DNA from: Felixounavirus NRG857CP1
Sequence record: OZ035806.1
DNA: 64,000 nucleotides
Strand: one strand, 5' to 3'
Part shown: piece after piece, positions 28,546-38,404 of the stretch
Layout: each line of letters begins with the position of its first letter
How positions within the stretch are numbered: position 1 is the first letter of the stretch
Position numbers and translations under genes: made by a program
The notes under the pieces: model-generated
What the model was told of the DNA's origin: nothing
The model's database searches: none
What the model saw: the letters and a program-made list of their open reading frames with translations, nothing else

Positions 28546-28866
28546 ATGAGCAAAGTTTATAACACTCGCAAATTACAGATTTTCGTACTGTGCCAGTTTA
28601 TGGCTAAAGAATACAACTTCTACTATTGCGGCACAGGTTTTATTAGTGATGATGATGGCTCATACCTTCCATTCAAAGAAGCTGTGAAGCTCTTTAATGA
28701 AGAGGAAAGCTCTAAGAAAGATATTGAAAAGGTGAAACTGACCTACAGCAAGAAAGATAAGAAGATTATCTGCCTAGATAACTTTGTAAAAGTTACTGGA
28801 AAAGCAAAAGAGCTTATGGATGAGAGTGAGATTCCATTCACAAGCCTCTTGAAAGTAGCTCAGTAA
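28546..28866 (+). CDS. hypothetical protein
   Basis: 106 aa ORF. Confidence 0.35.
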   Translation: MSKVYNTRKLQIFVLCQFMAKEYNFYYCGTGFISDDDGSYLPFKEAVKLFNEEESSKKDIEKVKLTYSKKDKKIICLDNFVKVTGKAKELMDESEIPFTSLLKVAQ

Positions 28867-28875
28867 ACAGATACT

Positions 28876-28900
28876 ATAGGGGAACTGTAAAGGTTCCCTT
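28876..28900 (+). terminator. intrinsic terminator
   Basis: GGGAAC..GTTCCC + TTTTT. Confidence 0.5.
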
Positions 28901-28917
28901 TTTATTTTGGAGGTAAA

Positions 28918-29433
28918 ATGTATCTGTCAAACCTGAAACGTTCGGTTGCAATGTCAGTTCTAAGACTCAGCTTTGATGAGCGTCAAGAATTTATAGACTC
29001 CCACAAATATGACCCTTCAAATTCTAATCACATGGTTCTTTGGAATCGTGATAACTTCCGTGAAAGAGCACTTGTCCGTTATTACCCACACTACACAATA
29101 GATAACCTGTATGAATGGTGTGTTGTGAAGAACACCATTGCAACACTGAACAATCTTTGCAGGTATACGGGTAAGCAAACATTTACACTAGGCCACCACA
29201 AACCTGTTACAAAGGGTGGTGAGCATCACTGTGCAAACTGGTTTATCCAGACTAAACTTGATAACCAGAAGCAAGGAGATAACCTTCTAAGCACACCTAA
29301 GATGACCTATGAAGAGCAAGAGAAATATATCAAAAACAATATGCCAGATGTGCTTGACAACAACTATACAGATTTGGCAATATCTCTCCTGTTGAAGTTC
29401 GAGACAGTTTATAGGGCAACTTACAATGGCTAA
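28918..29433 (+). CDS. hypothetical protein
   Basis: 171 aa ORF. Confidence 0.4.
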   Translation: MYLSNLKRSVAMSVLRLSFDERQEFIDSHKYDPSNSNHMVLWNRDNFRERALVRYYPHYTIDNLYEWCVVKNTIATLNNLCRYTGKQTFTLGHHKPVTKGGEHHCANWFIQTKLDNQKQGDNLLSTPKMTYEEQEKYIKNNMPDVLDNNYTDLAISLLLKFETVYRATYNG

Positions 29434-29704
29434 AGAAAAGTGGGAGATTTTACCATTAGTCAGTGAAGGTGGTAATGGTTGTGAGATGTACATGATACGT
29501 GGTCATGTCCCAGAGCCAATTGCACTTGAGATGGTAAACAACTTTACAGATGGTTCTTACAAAGACTTAGGCGAACCAACTGTCAAGCAACAATGGGTTA
29601 AACCTGTACCAGACAGCACAGGTAACTGTAGTGTACTTTATCACGTTGTAGACCCTGCAAAATGCAAATCTGCAATGGCAGTAACAAACGTAACTTTTGA
29701 TTGA
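29426..29704 (+). CDS. hypothetical protein
   Basis: 92 aa ORF. Confidence 0.35.
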   Translation: MAKEKWEILPLVSEGGNGCEMYMIRGHVPEPIALEMVNNFTDGSYKDLGEPTVKQQWVKPVPDSTGNCSVLYHVVDPAKCKSAMAVTNVTFD

Positions 29705-29715
29705 GAGAGAAAACT

Positions 29716-30597
29716 ATGAAAACATCTATCCGTGTTACAGTTCATTCACCAACTAAAGGGACTCATGAAGAAGAGTTTAACATCATCCAATTTCCTTCTG
29801 GTGAGATTGGTGGACACTTTTCGCCAGAGTTTGTTGATTTCACTGCTTATGCAGCATCATCCATCAACAATGTGATTATGATTGTAAAAGGTTATGATAA
29901 GGACACATTGTTTGCTGTGGCACTTGCTAAAGAAGCAATTGATGATTTAATTCCTCATGATTATGCTTTAAAGACTGTCATCTTTTACTACTTACCAAAT
30001 GCACGATATGACCGTCACATGTTTAAAGGCGACGCAGCAGCTTTAAAGGTTTTTGCTAAACAGGTAAATGCAATGGGATTTGGTGCAGTCTGTGCAGTTG
30101 ACCCTCACAGTTACGTTCCAGATAACCTGTTTAACTGCTTCCAGAGTATTCCTCAAAAGGAGATTGCAGTCCACTATGCAAATGACCCACTGGTTGATTA
30201 CTTAGTAGCCCCAGATGCAGGTGCTGCTAAGAAGGTTGCAGAGACAGCTAAAGAGGTGGATAAACCATATATCACAATGTCTAAGGTGCGTAACCTTAAG
30301 ACTGGTGAAATTACTGGTATGCGAATCCTTGATGATGTTGATTTGACAGATAAAACCGTCATGATTCTGGATGATATCTGTGATGGTGGTCGAACCTTCA
30401 TAGAAGCAGCTAGACATCTTCGTGAAGCAGGTGCAAAACGTGTGGAACTCTATGTAACACATGGTATCTTCTCTAAAGATGTTGAAAACCTTCTTGACAA
30501 TGGCATTGACCACATCTACACTACAAACTCTTTAGGGGAAGCTAAAGACCGTGGCTTAACACATTATGGTCAAGTTACTGTAGCAAACCTTGATTAA
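29716..30597 (+). CDS. ribose-phosphate pyrophosphokinase (PRPP synthetase)-like enzyme; candidate ADPR-pyrophosphate synthetase of NARP1
   Basis: phosphoribosyltransferase-type motif VMILDDICDGGRTF; PRPP-synthetase-like length; start at Met with GAGAGA RBS. Confidence 0.75.
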   Translation: MKTSIRVTVHSPTKGTHEEEFNIIQFPSGEIGGHFSPEFVDFTAYAASSINNVIMIVKGYDKDTLFAVALAKEAIDDLIPHDYALKTVIFYYLPNARYDRHMFKGDAAALKVFAKQVNAMGFGAVCAVDPHSYVPDNLFNCFQSIPQKEIAVHYANDPLVDYLVAPDAGAAKKVAETAKEVDKPYITMSKVRNLKTGEITGMRILDDVDLTDKTVMILDDICDGGRTFIEAARHLREAGAKRVELYVTHGIFSKDVENLLDNGIDHIYTTNSLGEAKDRGLTHYGQVTVANLD

Positions 30598-30606
30598 AAC
30601 TTTATA

Positions 30607-30630
30607 GGGGCTTAAAAGCCCCATTTTGAG
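30607..30630 (+). terminator. hairpin between the two NAD-pathway genes
   Basis: GGGGCTT-AAA-AGCCCC. Confidence 0.4.
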
Positions 30631-30642
30631 AGAGATTAAAAG

Positions 30643-32424
30643 ATGACTAAATCACTTTATGCAGTACCAGCAGGTTTAAACGCAGATGCTTACAAATCTG
30701 GTCACATTTACCAGTATCCTAGTGCAACAGAATACTTGATGTTCAACCTGACACCACGTAGTGATAAATGGTTTAACAGCCCTTTAGCAATTGACGGTGT
30801 AGTGGCTTTTGGTATTCAACGTTTTGTTAAAGATTACTTGATAGACCACTGGAATGCCACTTTCTTTGAACGTGATAAAAAAGAAGCCATTGATGAAATC
30901 TTAGAAGTCATGAATGGTGTTCTGGGTAAAGATGCTATCGGTCGAGAGCATTGGGAAGCACTTCACGACTTAGGTTATCTACCAGTTGAAGTATACGCTG
31001 TAGAAGAAGGCACAGTTGTTCCAATGCGTGTCCCGATGATTGTCTTTCAGAACACTGTTTCAGGTTTTCATTGGGTAGCAGGTTATCTGGAAGATGCTTT
31101 CTCTGCTGAAATTTGGAAGGCTTGCACCATTGCAACTATTGCATTGCATTACAAACGCATCTGTAAGAAGTGGGCTGAACTTACTTGTGACAATGACTTA
31201 CATTTACCTTATCAGTGCCATGATTTTGCTATGCGTGGTATGTCCGGCTTTACTGATGACGCATTTAACGCTGTAGGCCACTTAACCAGCTTTAAAGGAA
31301 CTGATAGCTTCCCTGCTGTGTATACGGCTAAACGAATCTATGGACAGCCTTACCCAATCTCTGATATTGGTAGCTCTGTACCAGCCACTGAGCACTCTGT
31401 AATGTGTGCAAACATTGCTTGGGAAGGTGGTAATGAGTTGATTGAAGAAGAAAGACGCTTTAAAGGTGAGTTACAAACCTTCCGTCGCTTCTTAACAGAA
31501 ACTTACCCAACTGGTATTGCAAGTGTTGTTTCAGACACTTATAACTTCTGGAGAACTGTGTCAGAAATTTTACCAGCACTTCGTAAAGAAATTATGGAAC
31601 GTGATGGCAAACTGGTAATTCGTCCTGACTCTGGAGACCCTGTACATATTGTCACAGGTTATAAAGCAATCCACTTAGAATGTGCTAAGAAGGCTTATTA
31701 TGAACATCTTAGCAAGCTGGAAGCTAGTGATACAATGCTAAGCTCTGTCCTGAACATGAAGCTTGAAAACATCAACTATGGTATTGCTGGATGGCTACTG
31801 TCAGAAGGCTACGAAATGGTTGTTGACAGAGAAGACTTTGAAGTTGCTGATACAGTGATGTTGAAAAATGCTTATATGGTTGGTTCTGCAAACGTTGTAA
31901 CACGTCCTATAGCTGAGATTGATGGAGCTATTAAGACTCTGTATAACATCTTTGGAGGAACTATTAACTCTAAAGGTTTTAAGGTACTTGATGAGCACAT
32001 TGGCCTTATCTATGGCGACTCTATCACGTTGGAACGTGCAAACGAAATCCTGAAGCGTCTGTATGAAATGGGTTTTGCAAGCTCTAACGTAGTTTTTGGT
32101 GTAGGTTCTTACACTTATCAGTACATGACTCGTGACACCTTTGCATTTGCTGTTAAAGCAACTCTTGCAAGCATCGGTGGTAAAGAGATTATGCTTGCAA
32201 AAGACCCTAAAACAGATAGTGGTGTTAAGAAATCTGCCTTTGGTGGTGTAGCACCTATGTGGGATGGTGATAAGCTGAAAGCTGTAGATGGCTACGGATT
32301 CCAGAGTTTTGCAGATGTACTTGACCACCCAGCTTGTGCTTTACGTTTAGTCTTTAGTGACTCTGAGCAGTTTGGTTACACAACTCTTGGTGATATTCGA
32401 AATAATATTGACAAGCAGCTTTAA
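30643..32424 (+). CDS. nicotinamide phosphoribosyltransferase (NAMPT/NadV)-like enzyme; candidate NARP1 nicotinamide ADPR transferase
   Basis: 593 aa; NAMPT-like from the N-terminus onward (reading-based call, no alignment run). Confidence 0.8.
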   Translation: MTKSLYAVPAGLNADAYKSGHIYQYPSATEYLMFNLTPRSDKWFNSPLAIDGVVAFGIQRFVKDYLIDHWNATFFERDKKEAIDEILEVMNGVLGKDAIGREHWEALHDLGYLPVEVYAVEEGTVVPMRVPMIVFQNTVSGFHWVAGYLEDAFSAEIWKACTIATIALHYKRICKKWAELTCDNDLHLPYQCHDFAMRGMSGFTDDAFNAVGHLTSFKGTDSFPAVYTAKRIYGQPYPISDIGSSVPATEHSVMCANIAWEGGNELIEEERRFKGELQTFRRFLTETYPTGIASVVSDTYNFWRTVSEILPALRKEIMERDGKLVIRPDSGDPVHIVTGYKAIHLECAKKAYYEHLSKLEASDTMLSSVLNMKLENINYGIAGWLLSEGYEMVVDREDFEVADTVMLKNAYMVGSANVVTRPIAEIDGAIKTLYNIFGGTINSKGFKVLDEHIGLIYGDSITLERANEILKRLYEMGFASSNVVFGVGSYTYQYMTRDTFAFAVKATLASIGGKEIMLAKDPKTDSGVKKSAFGGVAPMWDGDKLKAVDGYGFQSFADVLDHPACALRLVFSDSEQFGYTTLGDIRNNIDKQL

Positions 32425-32437
32425 AAGTATATGATAA

Positions 32438-32462
32438 GAGGCTCCTACGGGAGCCTTTTTAA
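32438..32462 (+). terminator. intrinsic terminator
   Basis: AGGCTCC-TACG-GGAGCCTTTTT. Confidence 0.6.
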
Positions 32463-32477
32463 TTTCTGGAGAAAACT

Positions 32478-32813
32478 ATGAAAATCAAAGAGATGAACAT
32501 CAACATTGTCTTAGAAGAACGTTGGGAGAACATCAAGAAGCCTGAAGATGGTCATAAGTTCCTTAACAAAATCTTGGTAGCAGCTAAAGAAGAACTGACT
32601 GGCAAGGTCGCAGCAGCAATCACAATAAAGGTCTGCGTAAAAGGTCTTCCGCAACATCACCAATTTGCACTTGACGAGTTTAAAGAGAGCTTCTACAATC
32701 CAAACAAACAGATGCTTGAAAGTAACTTTGCAGTGTCTACAAGTATTGTCCATGACAGAAGCTTTATCCTTTACAAGAATATGAGAGGTGAGTCATGCAA
32801 GCATATTGGATAG
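32478..32813 (+). CDS. hypothetical protein
   Basis: 111 aa ORF. Confidence 0.35.
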   Translation: MKIKEMNINIVLEERWENIKKPEDGHKFLNKILVAAKEELTGKVAAAITIKVCVKGLPQHHQFALDEFKESFYNPNKQMLESNFAVSTSIVHDRSFILYKNMRGESCKHIG

Positions 32814-32971
32814 AAATTTTACTGTCACTTGGTAGTGTAGCAGTATTTGTTTACCTCCTTTGTAAGTACTTTGCAGAGCACAAAAAATGTGACTACTGTA
32901 ATGGAGAGGGGTACATAAGGGCAGGATGTTGCCCTATGTGTGGTGGTTCTGGTAAAATGTTTAATAAGTAA
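32795..32971 (+). CDS. small membrane-anchored zinc-ribbon protein (58 aa, below track cutoff)
   Basis: N-terminal TM helix then CDYCNGEG...CCPMCGGSG. Confidence 0.3.
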   Translation: MQAYWIEILLSLGSVAVFVYLLCKYFAEHKKCDYCNGEGYIRAGCCPMCGGSGKMFNK

Positions 32972-32999
32972 TTTAACAGTAAACTGAGAGGAAAGTATT

Positions 33000-35366
33000 A
33001 TGCGCATGGTAAACGACCACGCAGAAGTGATTAAGAGTTCAACTTCTTTAGAGACGTCTCAAGCACAGATTACAATGACACCTGAAATGTTCAGCCTTTT
33101 GAGTTCTGGTGTATATACCTTTAAAGAAAGGGCAGTGATTCGTGAACTGTCATGTAACGCAGTAGATGCTCAGAAAGAAGCTGGAAAAGAGAATATCCCG
33201 TTCCATGTGCATTTACCTACTCGTTTTGAGCCTTACTTTGAAGTCCGTGATTTTGGAACTGGATTGACTCATGATAAAGTTATGAGTTTGTACCTAAACT
33301 ACGGGGCTTCTACGAAGAATGACTCTAATGATTACATTGGTGCAATGGGTATCGGCTCAAAATCTCCATTTGCAATTGCTCAGTCATTCACAGTATCTAG
33401 CTATGTTGACGGTGTTGTTAATAAGTACTCAGTTTACCTTGAGAATGGTATCCCTCAAGTAACTAAGCTTACTACCAACCCAACAAAGGAACCTAATGGC
33501 TTAGCTGTACGTGTAGCAGTTGCTGACCATCGTATCTCAAAATTCTTTGAAGAAGCTGGTCACGTATACTCATACTTTGCTGTAAAACCAGAAAGCAATA
33601 TCGAGTATGACGATGTATTAGCAGATATGAACGTCATTGCCCGTGAAGAAGGTGTTTATGATGCCATGATTCATAAGCAAAGCTGGCGTTCTAGTAGTAA
33701 CAGGACAGAGTTTAATGTGGTGATGGGTAACATTGCATACCCTGTTAACATGGAAGCATTACTTGGTGATGATTTCTTCAAAGTCTTGCCAGAATTTTTC
33801 CGTAGGAGCGTAGACCTTGTAAACATCTACATGCCTATTGGTTCAGTTGCTATTGCAGCTTCTCGTGAAGCATTGCAGATGAATGACACGACAAAAAATG
33901 TTATCATTGAGGCTACTAAAAAGATAACTGAAGCAATTACAAAGGATGTTATCAAGAAAGTTAATAGCCAACCTACACTCATGGATGCTGCACAGGCTTA
34001 TGCTGAGTTACGTTTGAACTCACGAGAGATGTTTAATGCTGTGTGTACAAAGCTAGAGTGGGGAGGTGTTAAGCTTGATTCTCTGGAAGAAGAATTACTA
34101 AACATTCGTCGTGGAATTATCTACGCAGAGGACGGCTCAGTCATCTATGAACGTGACGGCAAAGGTAATATTAAGGTTGACAGTAAAGGAAACAACATTC
34201 CTAAAGTGGACTACCTATACAATCCAGTTGCTTATGTTAAGTTCAACTCTTTAGAGAGTAAGATTCGTGCAACAGCACTTTCCTACACTCAAGAGGCGAG
34301 CATGTTCAATATCTTTGGTGCAATGCGTAAAAGTCAAATTGAACAGTTTTTGTTCGTGATTAATGACCGTCGCAATAAAAACGGTACTGAGAAGACTGTA
34401 GGACGCAATCAAATCTTGCGTGGTGCATGTCGAGATTATGCCAGTGAGTCGAATCTGTTTCACAGATACAATGGTATTGTGTTTGTATTCTCGACTGAAA
34501 AAGAGTTAGATGATTTAATCAATCTACATAAACTTGATAAAAGCTTGTTAAAGATTGTGAAAATGTCTGATAAGGAGCACCATTACCAGCGCAAAGAAGC
34601 TGTAAGGGGTGTTGTAAAACTCTGGAAAGCTGTTCCAGCAGAAGGTGTAGCTTCCTATAAAGAGGTTTCAGAGGACTTTGATACAATTGAAGAACCTCAG
34701 CTTTACATTAAGGCAGTTGGTGACACAGTTGATGGCGAATGTTTTTGCTCATCTCCAGAAGATGTAGCCAAGTCAGTTGCTAATGTTACAGGGAAGACAG
34801 TCTATGTTTTCCGAAAAGCAAATTGGAAAAAGATACCAGAAGACTGGATTGAAGTAGATGAGAAACTCTTGAACGACAGCTTAACTGATGTTCATTGGAT
34901 TAATCATAACAGGTATATGACACGTATCTATATGAATGGTGTCCTTGACCTTACAAGCAGTTGGATTATTGCCAGAAACTTTACGTTCAATAACAGGAAG
35001 ATTTCTCGTGGCTATTGCTATTCACGGGATACAAACAAAACTATCTTCCTAGAAGGAAATGAAGATGCTGTAGAGGCAATGTTCGGTAAAATCCAATACG
35101 TTGCTGCACCATTTGCATACACTTATACTATTAGTGTATTGAAAACTTTGAAAGACTGTCTTGACAATGATACAAAGCTTTACAAGAAAATTAAGAAAGC
35201 TGGTGACCGTATGGTCATTAAGGTGACAAACTACCTTTCAAAAAGAAAACAAGAAAACTTCTTGCTTTCTCATTTAGATTGGAATAAAGTGTCACCCATC
35301 GAAGTGAGTAAGTTCTTAGGCTTTGATGTAAAATGTGTTCCAGAAGGGACTACAATTTATGATTAA
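33000..35366 (+). CDS. rIIA-like protein with GHKL-type ATPase domain
   Basis: N-box RELSCNAVDA, G1 box VRDFGTGL, G2 box GAMGIGSKSPF; size similar to T4 rIIA. Confidence 0.55.
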   Translation: MRMVNDHAEVIKSSTSLETSQAQITMTPEMFSLLSSGVYTFKERAVIRELSCNAVDAQKEAGKENIPFHVHLPTRFEPYFEVRDFGTGLTHDKVMSLYLNYGASTKNDSNDYIGAMGIGSKSPFAIAQSFTVSSYVDGVVNKYSVYLENGIPQVTKLTTNPTKEPNGLAVRVAVADHRISKFFEEAGHVYSYFAVKPESNIEYDDVLADMNVIAREEGVYDAMIHKQSWRSSSNRTEFNVVMGNIAYPVNMEALLGDDFFKVLPEFFRRSVDLVNIYMPIGSVAIAASREALQMNDTTKNVIIEATKKITEAITKDVIKKVNSQPTLMDAAQAYAELRLNSREMFNAVCTKLEWGGVKLDSLEEELLNIRRGIIYAEDGSVIYERDGKGNIKVDSKGNNIPKVDYLYNPVAYVKFNSLESKIRATALSYTQEASMFNIFGAMRKSQIEQFLFVINDRRNKNGTEKTVGRNQILRGACRDYASESNLFHRYNGIVFVFSTEKELDDLINLHKLDKSLLKIVKMSDKEHHYQRKEAVRGVVKLWKAVPAEGVASYKEVSEDFDTIEEPQLYIKAVGDTVDGECFCSSPEDVAKSVANVTGKTVYVFRKANWKKIPEDWIEVDEKLLNDSLTDVHWINHNRYMTRIYMNGVLDLTSSWIIARNFTFNNRKISRGYCYSRDTNKTIFLEGNEDAVEAMFGKIQYVAAPFAYTYTISVLKTLKDCLDNDTKLYKKIKKAGDRMVIKVTNYLSKRKQENFLLSHLDWNKVSPIEVSKFLGFDVKCVPEGTTIYD

Positions 35367-35372
35367 AGTGTT

Positions 35373-35398
35373 TGACAAGGGGCTTTGAAGCCCCTTAA
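35373..35398 (+). terminator. hairpin after rIIA-like gene
   Basis: GGGGCTT-TGA-AGCCCC; overlaps a TTTGACAAGGGG promoter-like box. Confidence 0.4.
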
Positions 35399-35445
35399 AA
35401 TAGCATCACAAAATGATTTATTAACTAACAAGAGAGAGTAATAAG

Positions 35446-36555
35446 ATGACTACTAAAACTAAAGCACAGATTGACGCAGAAATTTACAAACTGGTTAAAG
35501 AGGGCAAGCTGACTAAAACCGCTATTGCACAGAAATTTAACACCTCAACCCGTTCAGTCGGTCGTGCTGTAGAGCGTCATGAAGCAACCTTAAAAGGGAA
35601 TAAGAAGGTGACTTCTACACCAGCTACGAAGACTTTGAAGCAAGTTGCCAAGACCTTTAAAAAGAAAGCTGGCAAACCAGTTGAAAAGGTCGTTAAAGAT
35701 GCTGTACAGAAAGCTCCAGTAAATAAACTACATGAAGCTATGCAGAAAGATGACAAGATTGAGTACATGATTACTGGTGACTCTGTAATTATGACTTACG
35801 GTTCAGAATCTGAAATTGTTGAGTCTACTCATCCGAACTATCAAGAGATTGTAGTTCATGTTGTGAAAGGTGAGTTCAAGAAAGCTTTCGAACTGATGAA
35901 CATTCGTAAGTCTATCGAAAACTTCACTCAGGGTGCTATCACAATCAAAGGTGACAAGTTATTCTACGGTGCTGTTGAGATGCGTTCTACTCTGGTTGAC
36001 CGTATTCTTCACATGATGAAGACTGGAGATAAAGGTTTTGAACGCCTTGTAATGTTCTTTGAAAAACTGATGGAAAACCCATCTAAAGATTCCGTAGAAC
36101 AACTTTGGGGCTTCGTATCTCACCTTGATGTTGAAATTGATGAAGAAGGCTACATCATTGGTTGGAAGAAAGTCTCTACTCGTGAAGGCAAGCTGGTTGA
36201 CTCCCACACCTACAGAGTACCTAATGATTTGGGTAACATTGTAGAAATGCCACGTTGGATGGTTGATAATAACCGTAACGTGACTTGCTCTCAAGGTCTT
36301 CACGTTGGTGCTTGGGATTATGTTCGCTGCTTCTCAGGTGATACAATTCTTAAGGTTCGTGTTCATCCACGAGACGTTGTATCCGTACCAACTGATTACA
36401 ACGATATGAAGATGCGTTCATCACGTTATGAAGTTGCAGCAATCGTTGATAATCAACGTAAAGTACTGAAAGCATGGGATGGTAAGACTGAAGCTTTACA
36501 TGTCATCGTTGGTACTGCTGGTGAACTTATCTCTCAGCGTAAACGTGAAAGCTAA
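35446..36555 (+). CDS. possible rIIB-like partner protein
   Basis: 369 aa gene immediately downstream of rIIA-like gene; position-based guess only. Confidence 0.3.
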   Translation: MTTKTKAQIDAEIYKLVKEGKLTKTAIAQKFNTSTRSVGRAVERHEATLKGNKKVTSTPATKTLKQVAKTFKKKAGKPVEKVVKDAVQKAPVNKLHEAMQKDDKIEYMITGDSVIMTYGSESEIVESTHPNYQEIVVHVVKGEFKKAFELMNIRKSIENFTQGAITIKGDKLFYGAVEMRSTLVDRILHMMKTGDKGFERLVMFFEKLMENPSKDSVEQLWGFVSHLDVEIDEEGYIIGWKKVSTREGKLVDSHTYRVPNDLGNIVEMPRWMVDNNRNVTCSQGLHVGAWDYVRCFSGDTILKVRVHPRDVVSVPTDYNDMKMRSSRYEVAAIVDNQRKVLKAWDGKTEALHVIVGTAGELISQRKRES

Positions 36556-36567
36556 TAAGTAATTTCT

Positions 36568-36593
36568 TAAAAGGCTGCTTCGGCGGCCTTTTT
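36568..36593 (+). terminator. intrinsic terminator
   Basis: AAGGCTGC-TTCG-GCGGCCTTTTTT. Confidence 0.6.
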
Positions 36594-36655
36594 TATTTGT
36601 GTTTTGTGCAGAGTGCTGTATAATTGTTGTCACGATAAACTAAACAGGAGAACCA

Positions 36656-37204
36656 ATGAAGAAATTGATTCTAGGTTTGTGCTTAATGTTTACAGCACAC
36701 TTATCTTATGCAGTTGACTGCCCAGAGCTATCAATTAGCCAAAAAGTAAACATGTTAAAAGCTTACCAGTATGGTGAGAATAACATGGGTAAAGGTTGGG
36801 GTATAACTCTAGCTGCTATAGCCTTACAAGAGTCAGAGTTAGGTCTGAAGGTAGAGAATAAAAAGACACATGATTATGGTATTTTCCAGAATCACTTGAA
36901 GACTGTTGTAAAGCGTAACAAAATTAGCCCTAATGTGGCTAAAAAGAAACTCTTAAAAGATTTTGACTATGCTGCGAAGGAAACGCACAAAGAACTTGAG
37001 TTTTGGACAAAGGTGCATGGTCAGCCAAAGTCAAAGAGGACTTTACAAAAAGTTTTAGCATCATATAATGCTGGGTATTCGTACAGAATCCCTAAAGCTA
37101 AGAAGTATTCTCAAGATGTCTATAACAACATGAAAGTTATTGCTCAATGTGAATTTGCAACAAACATTTCTAAGGTAAATCATGAAAAAATTAAGAAAGT
37201 CTGA
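36656..37204 (+). CDS. secreted lytic transglycosylase-like (lysozyme-like fold) protein
   Basis: signal peptide MKKLILGLCLMFTAHLSYA; ALQESELGL...DYGIFQ resembles the SLT E-S...G-x-x-Q signature. Confidence 0.45.
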   Translation: MKKLILGLCLMFTAHLSYAVDCPELSISQKVNMLKAYQYGENNMGKGWGITLAAIALQESELGLKVENKKTHDYGIFQNHLKTVVKRNKISPNVAKKKLLKDFDYAAKETHKELEFWTKVHGQPKSKRTLQKVLASYNAGYSYRIPKAKKYSQDVYNNMKVIAQCEFATNISKVNHEKIKKV

Positions 37205-37877
37205 TGAAGTACTGTGTCATGCTTATGACTTACATCCTCATGAGTTAGGTCTTGATTCCTGTGTATGGACTCCAGAACAGTGTAGGGATTTTGAAGACAC
37301 CGCAAGAGAGGTTGTATGTTCACTCGAAGAGTTCCACACATCAGAGCCAATTGTTAATGTTGTAGATAAAGAGACTGGACAAGCTATAGGTGTAAGTCGT
37401 GATAGCTTAGTCATAGTCAATAAAGACCTTGTAGAAAAAGGGAATCTCATCTTAGCAGATATTGATGGTGTTCTTACAAATTTTAATCACGAAGATTGTT
37501 CAACGGAATTGACTGACGGTTCATTCTCGCAGTATACCAATCTTCTTGATTCTGTAAGAGCAAAGCCGACGTATGTTTTCAATATCATTGATGCAATTGC
37601 TAATCATGCTGCTGTTGGACTCTTGACAGCGAGAGGTGAATCTCAGAGAATACCTACTGAGATGTTTTTAAGGCACAACATAGAGCATGACTACATGCTT
37701 TTTATGCGTGGTTTTGGAACTAACTCTATAAGTGCAGAAAGTTTGAAAGTGAGGATGATTCAGTCTTGCATCCTGCCTTACTTTAATATAGTATGTTTTA
37801 TAGAAGACACAGAGAAGAATGTGCAGAAGGTGAACAGAATCCTTCCACACATTAAAACCATGTTAGTTAAACATTGA
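37182..37877 (+). CDS. putative HAD-superfamily hydrolase
   Basis: ILADIDGVLTNF resembles HAD motif I DxDG(T/V). Confidence 0.35.
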   Translation: MKKLRKSDEVLCHAYDLHPHELGLDSCVWTPEQCRDFEDTAREVVCSLEEFHTSEPIVNVVDKETGQAIGVSRDSLVIVNKDLVEKGNLILADIDGVLTNFNHEDCSTELTDGSFSQYTNLLDSVRAKPTYVFNIIDAIANHAAVGLLTARGESQRIPTEMFLRHNIEHDYMLFMRGFGTNSISAESLKVRMIQSCILPYFNIVCFIEDTEKNVQKVNRILPHIKTMLVKH

Positions 37878-37887
37878 GAGAAAACTT

Positions 37888-38352
37888 ATGAACAATATCA
37901 TTACGGTAGCACTGGACGATACGGTAAACAAATCTGCAATAGTTCGTAAAATGATTCAAGGTAACTTTGAAGGTAAAATTTTTCGTGCTGTTAATGTAAA
38001 AGCTGATGGCAGCATTCGTGAATATCGTGCATTATTGAATGTTAAAAAACACGTAAAAGGTGCTGGTTCAACTACTGCACACAAAGAAAACCTGATGACT
38101 ATCTATGATATGGGCAAGGCTTCAGAGTTAGGTGCTGAAGGTATCGTTAAAGAAGGTGCTCCGTATCGCTCTTTCAATCTGGAAACTACTCTTATGCTTT
38201 CCTTTACAAGTGGTTCTAAAACAATCACTTATCTCTTTACTGATGCTGCAACGGTATCTGCTATTAAGGATAGCACTGTCAAAGCTGGCGTAGTTGCTGC
38301 TGCAAAAGCTTCTTCGATGGCTGCGAATATCCTTGCTAAAGTCCTCGGTTAA
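37888..38352 (+). CDS. hypothetical protein
   Basis: 154 aa ORF. Confidence 0.4.
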   Translation: MNNIITVALDDTVNKSAIVRKMIQGNFEGKIFRAVNVKADGSIREYRALLNVKKHVKGAGSTTAHKENLMTIYDMGKASELGAEGIVKEGAPYRSFNLETTLMLSFTSGSKTITYLFTDAATVSAIKDSTVKAGVVAAAKASSMAANILAKVLG

Positions 38353-38363
38353 GGTTAAGATAC

Positions 38364-38388
38364 AGGCTCCTTCGGGAGCCTTTTTCAT
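38364..38388 (+). terminator. intrinsic terminator
   Basis: GGCTCC-TTCG-GGAGCCTTTTT. Confidence 0.6.
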
Positions 38389-38404
38389 TTTAGGAGATTG
38401 TTAA

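Noticed and set aside
30598-30642. Hairpin between the two NAD-pathway genes as a strong terminator separating them into different operons
   Set aside because: The hairpin GGGGCTT..AGCCCC is short and followed by only a weak T-run, and the downstream gene has its own RBS 12 nt later; more likely an attenuator or RNA stability element within one transcription unit.
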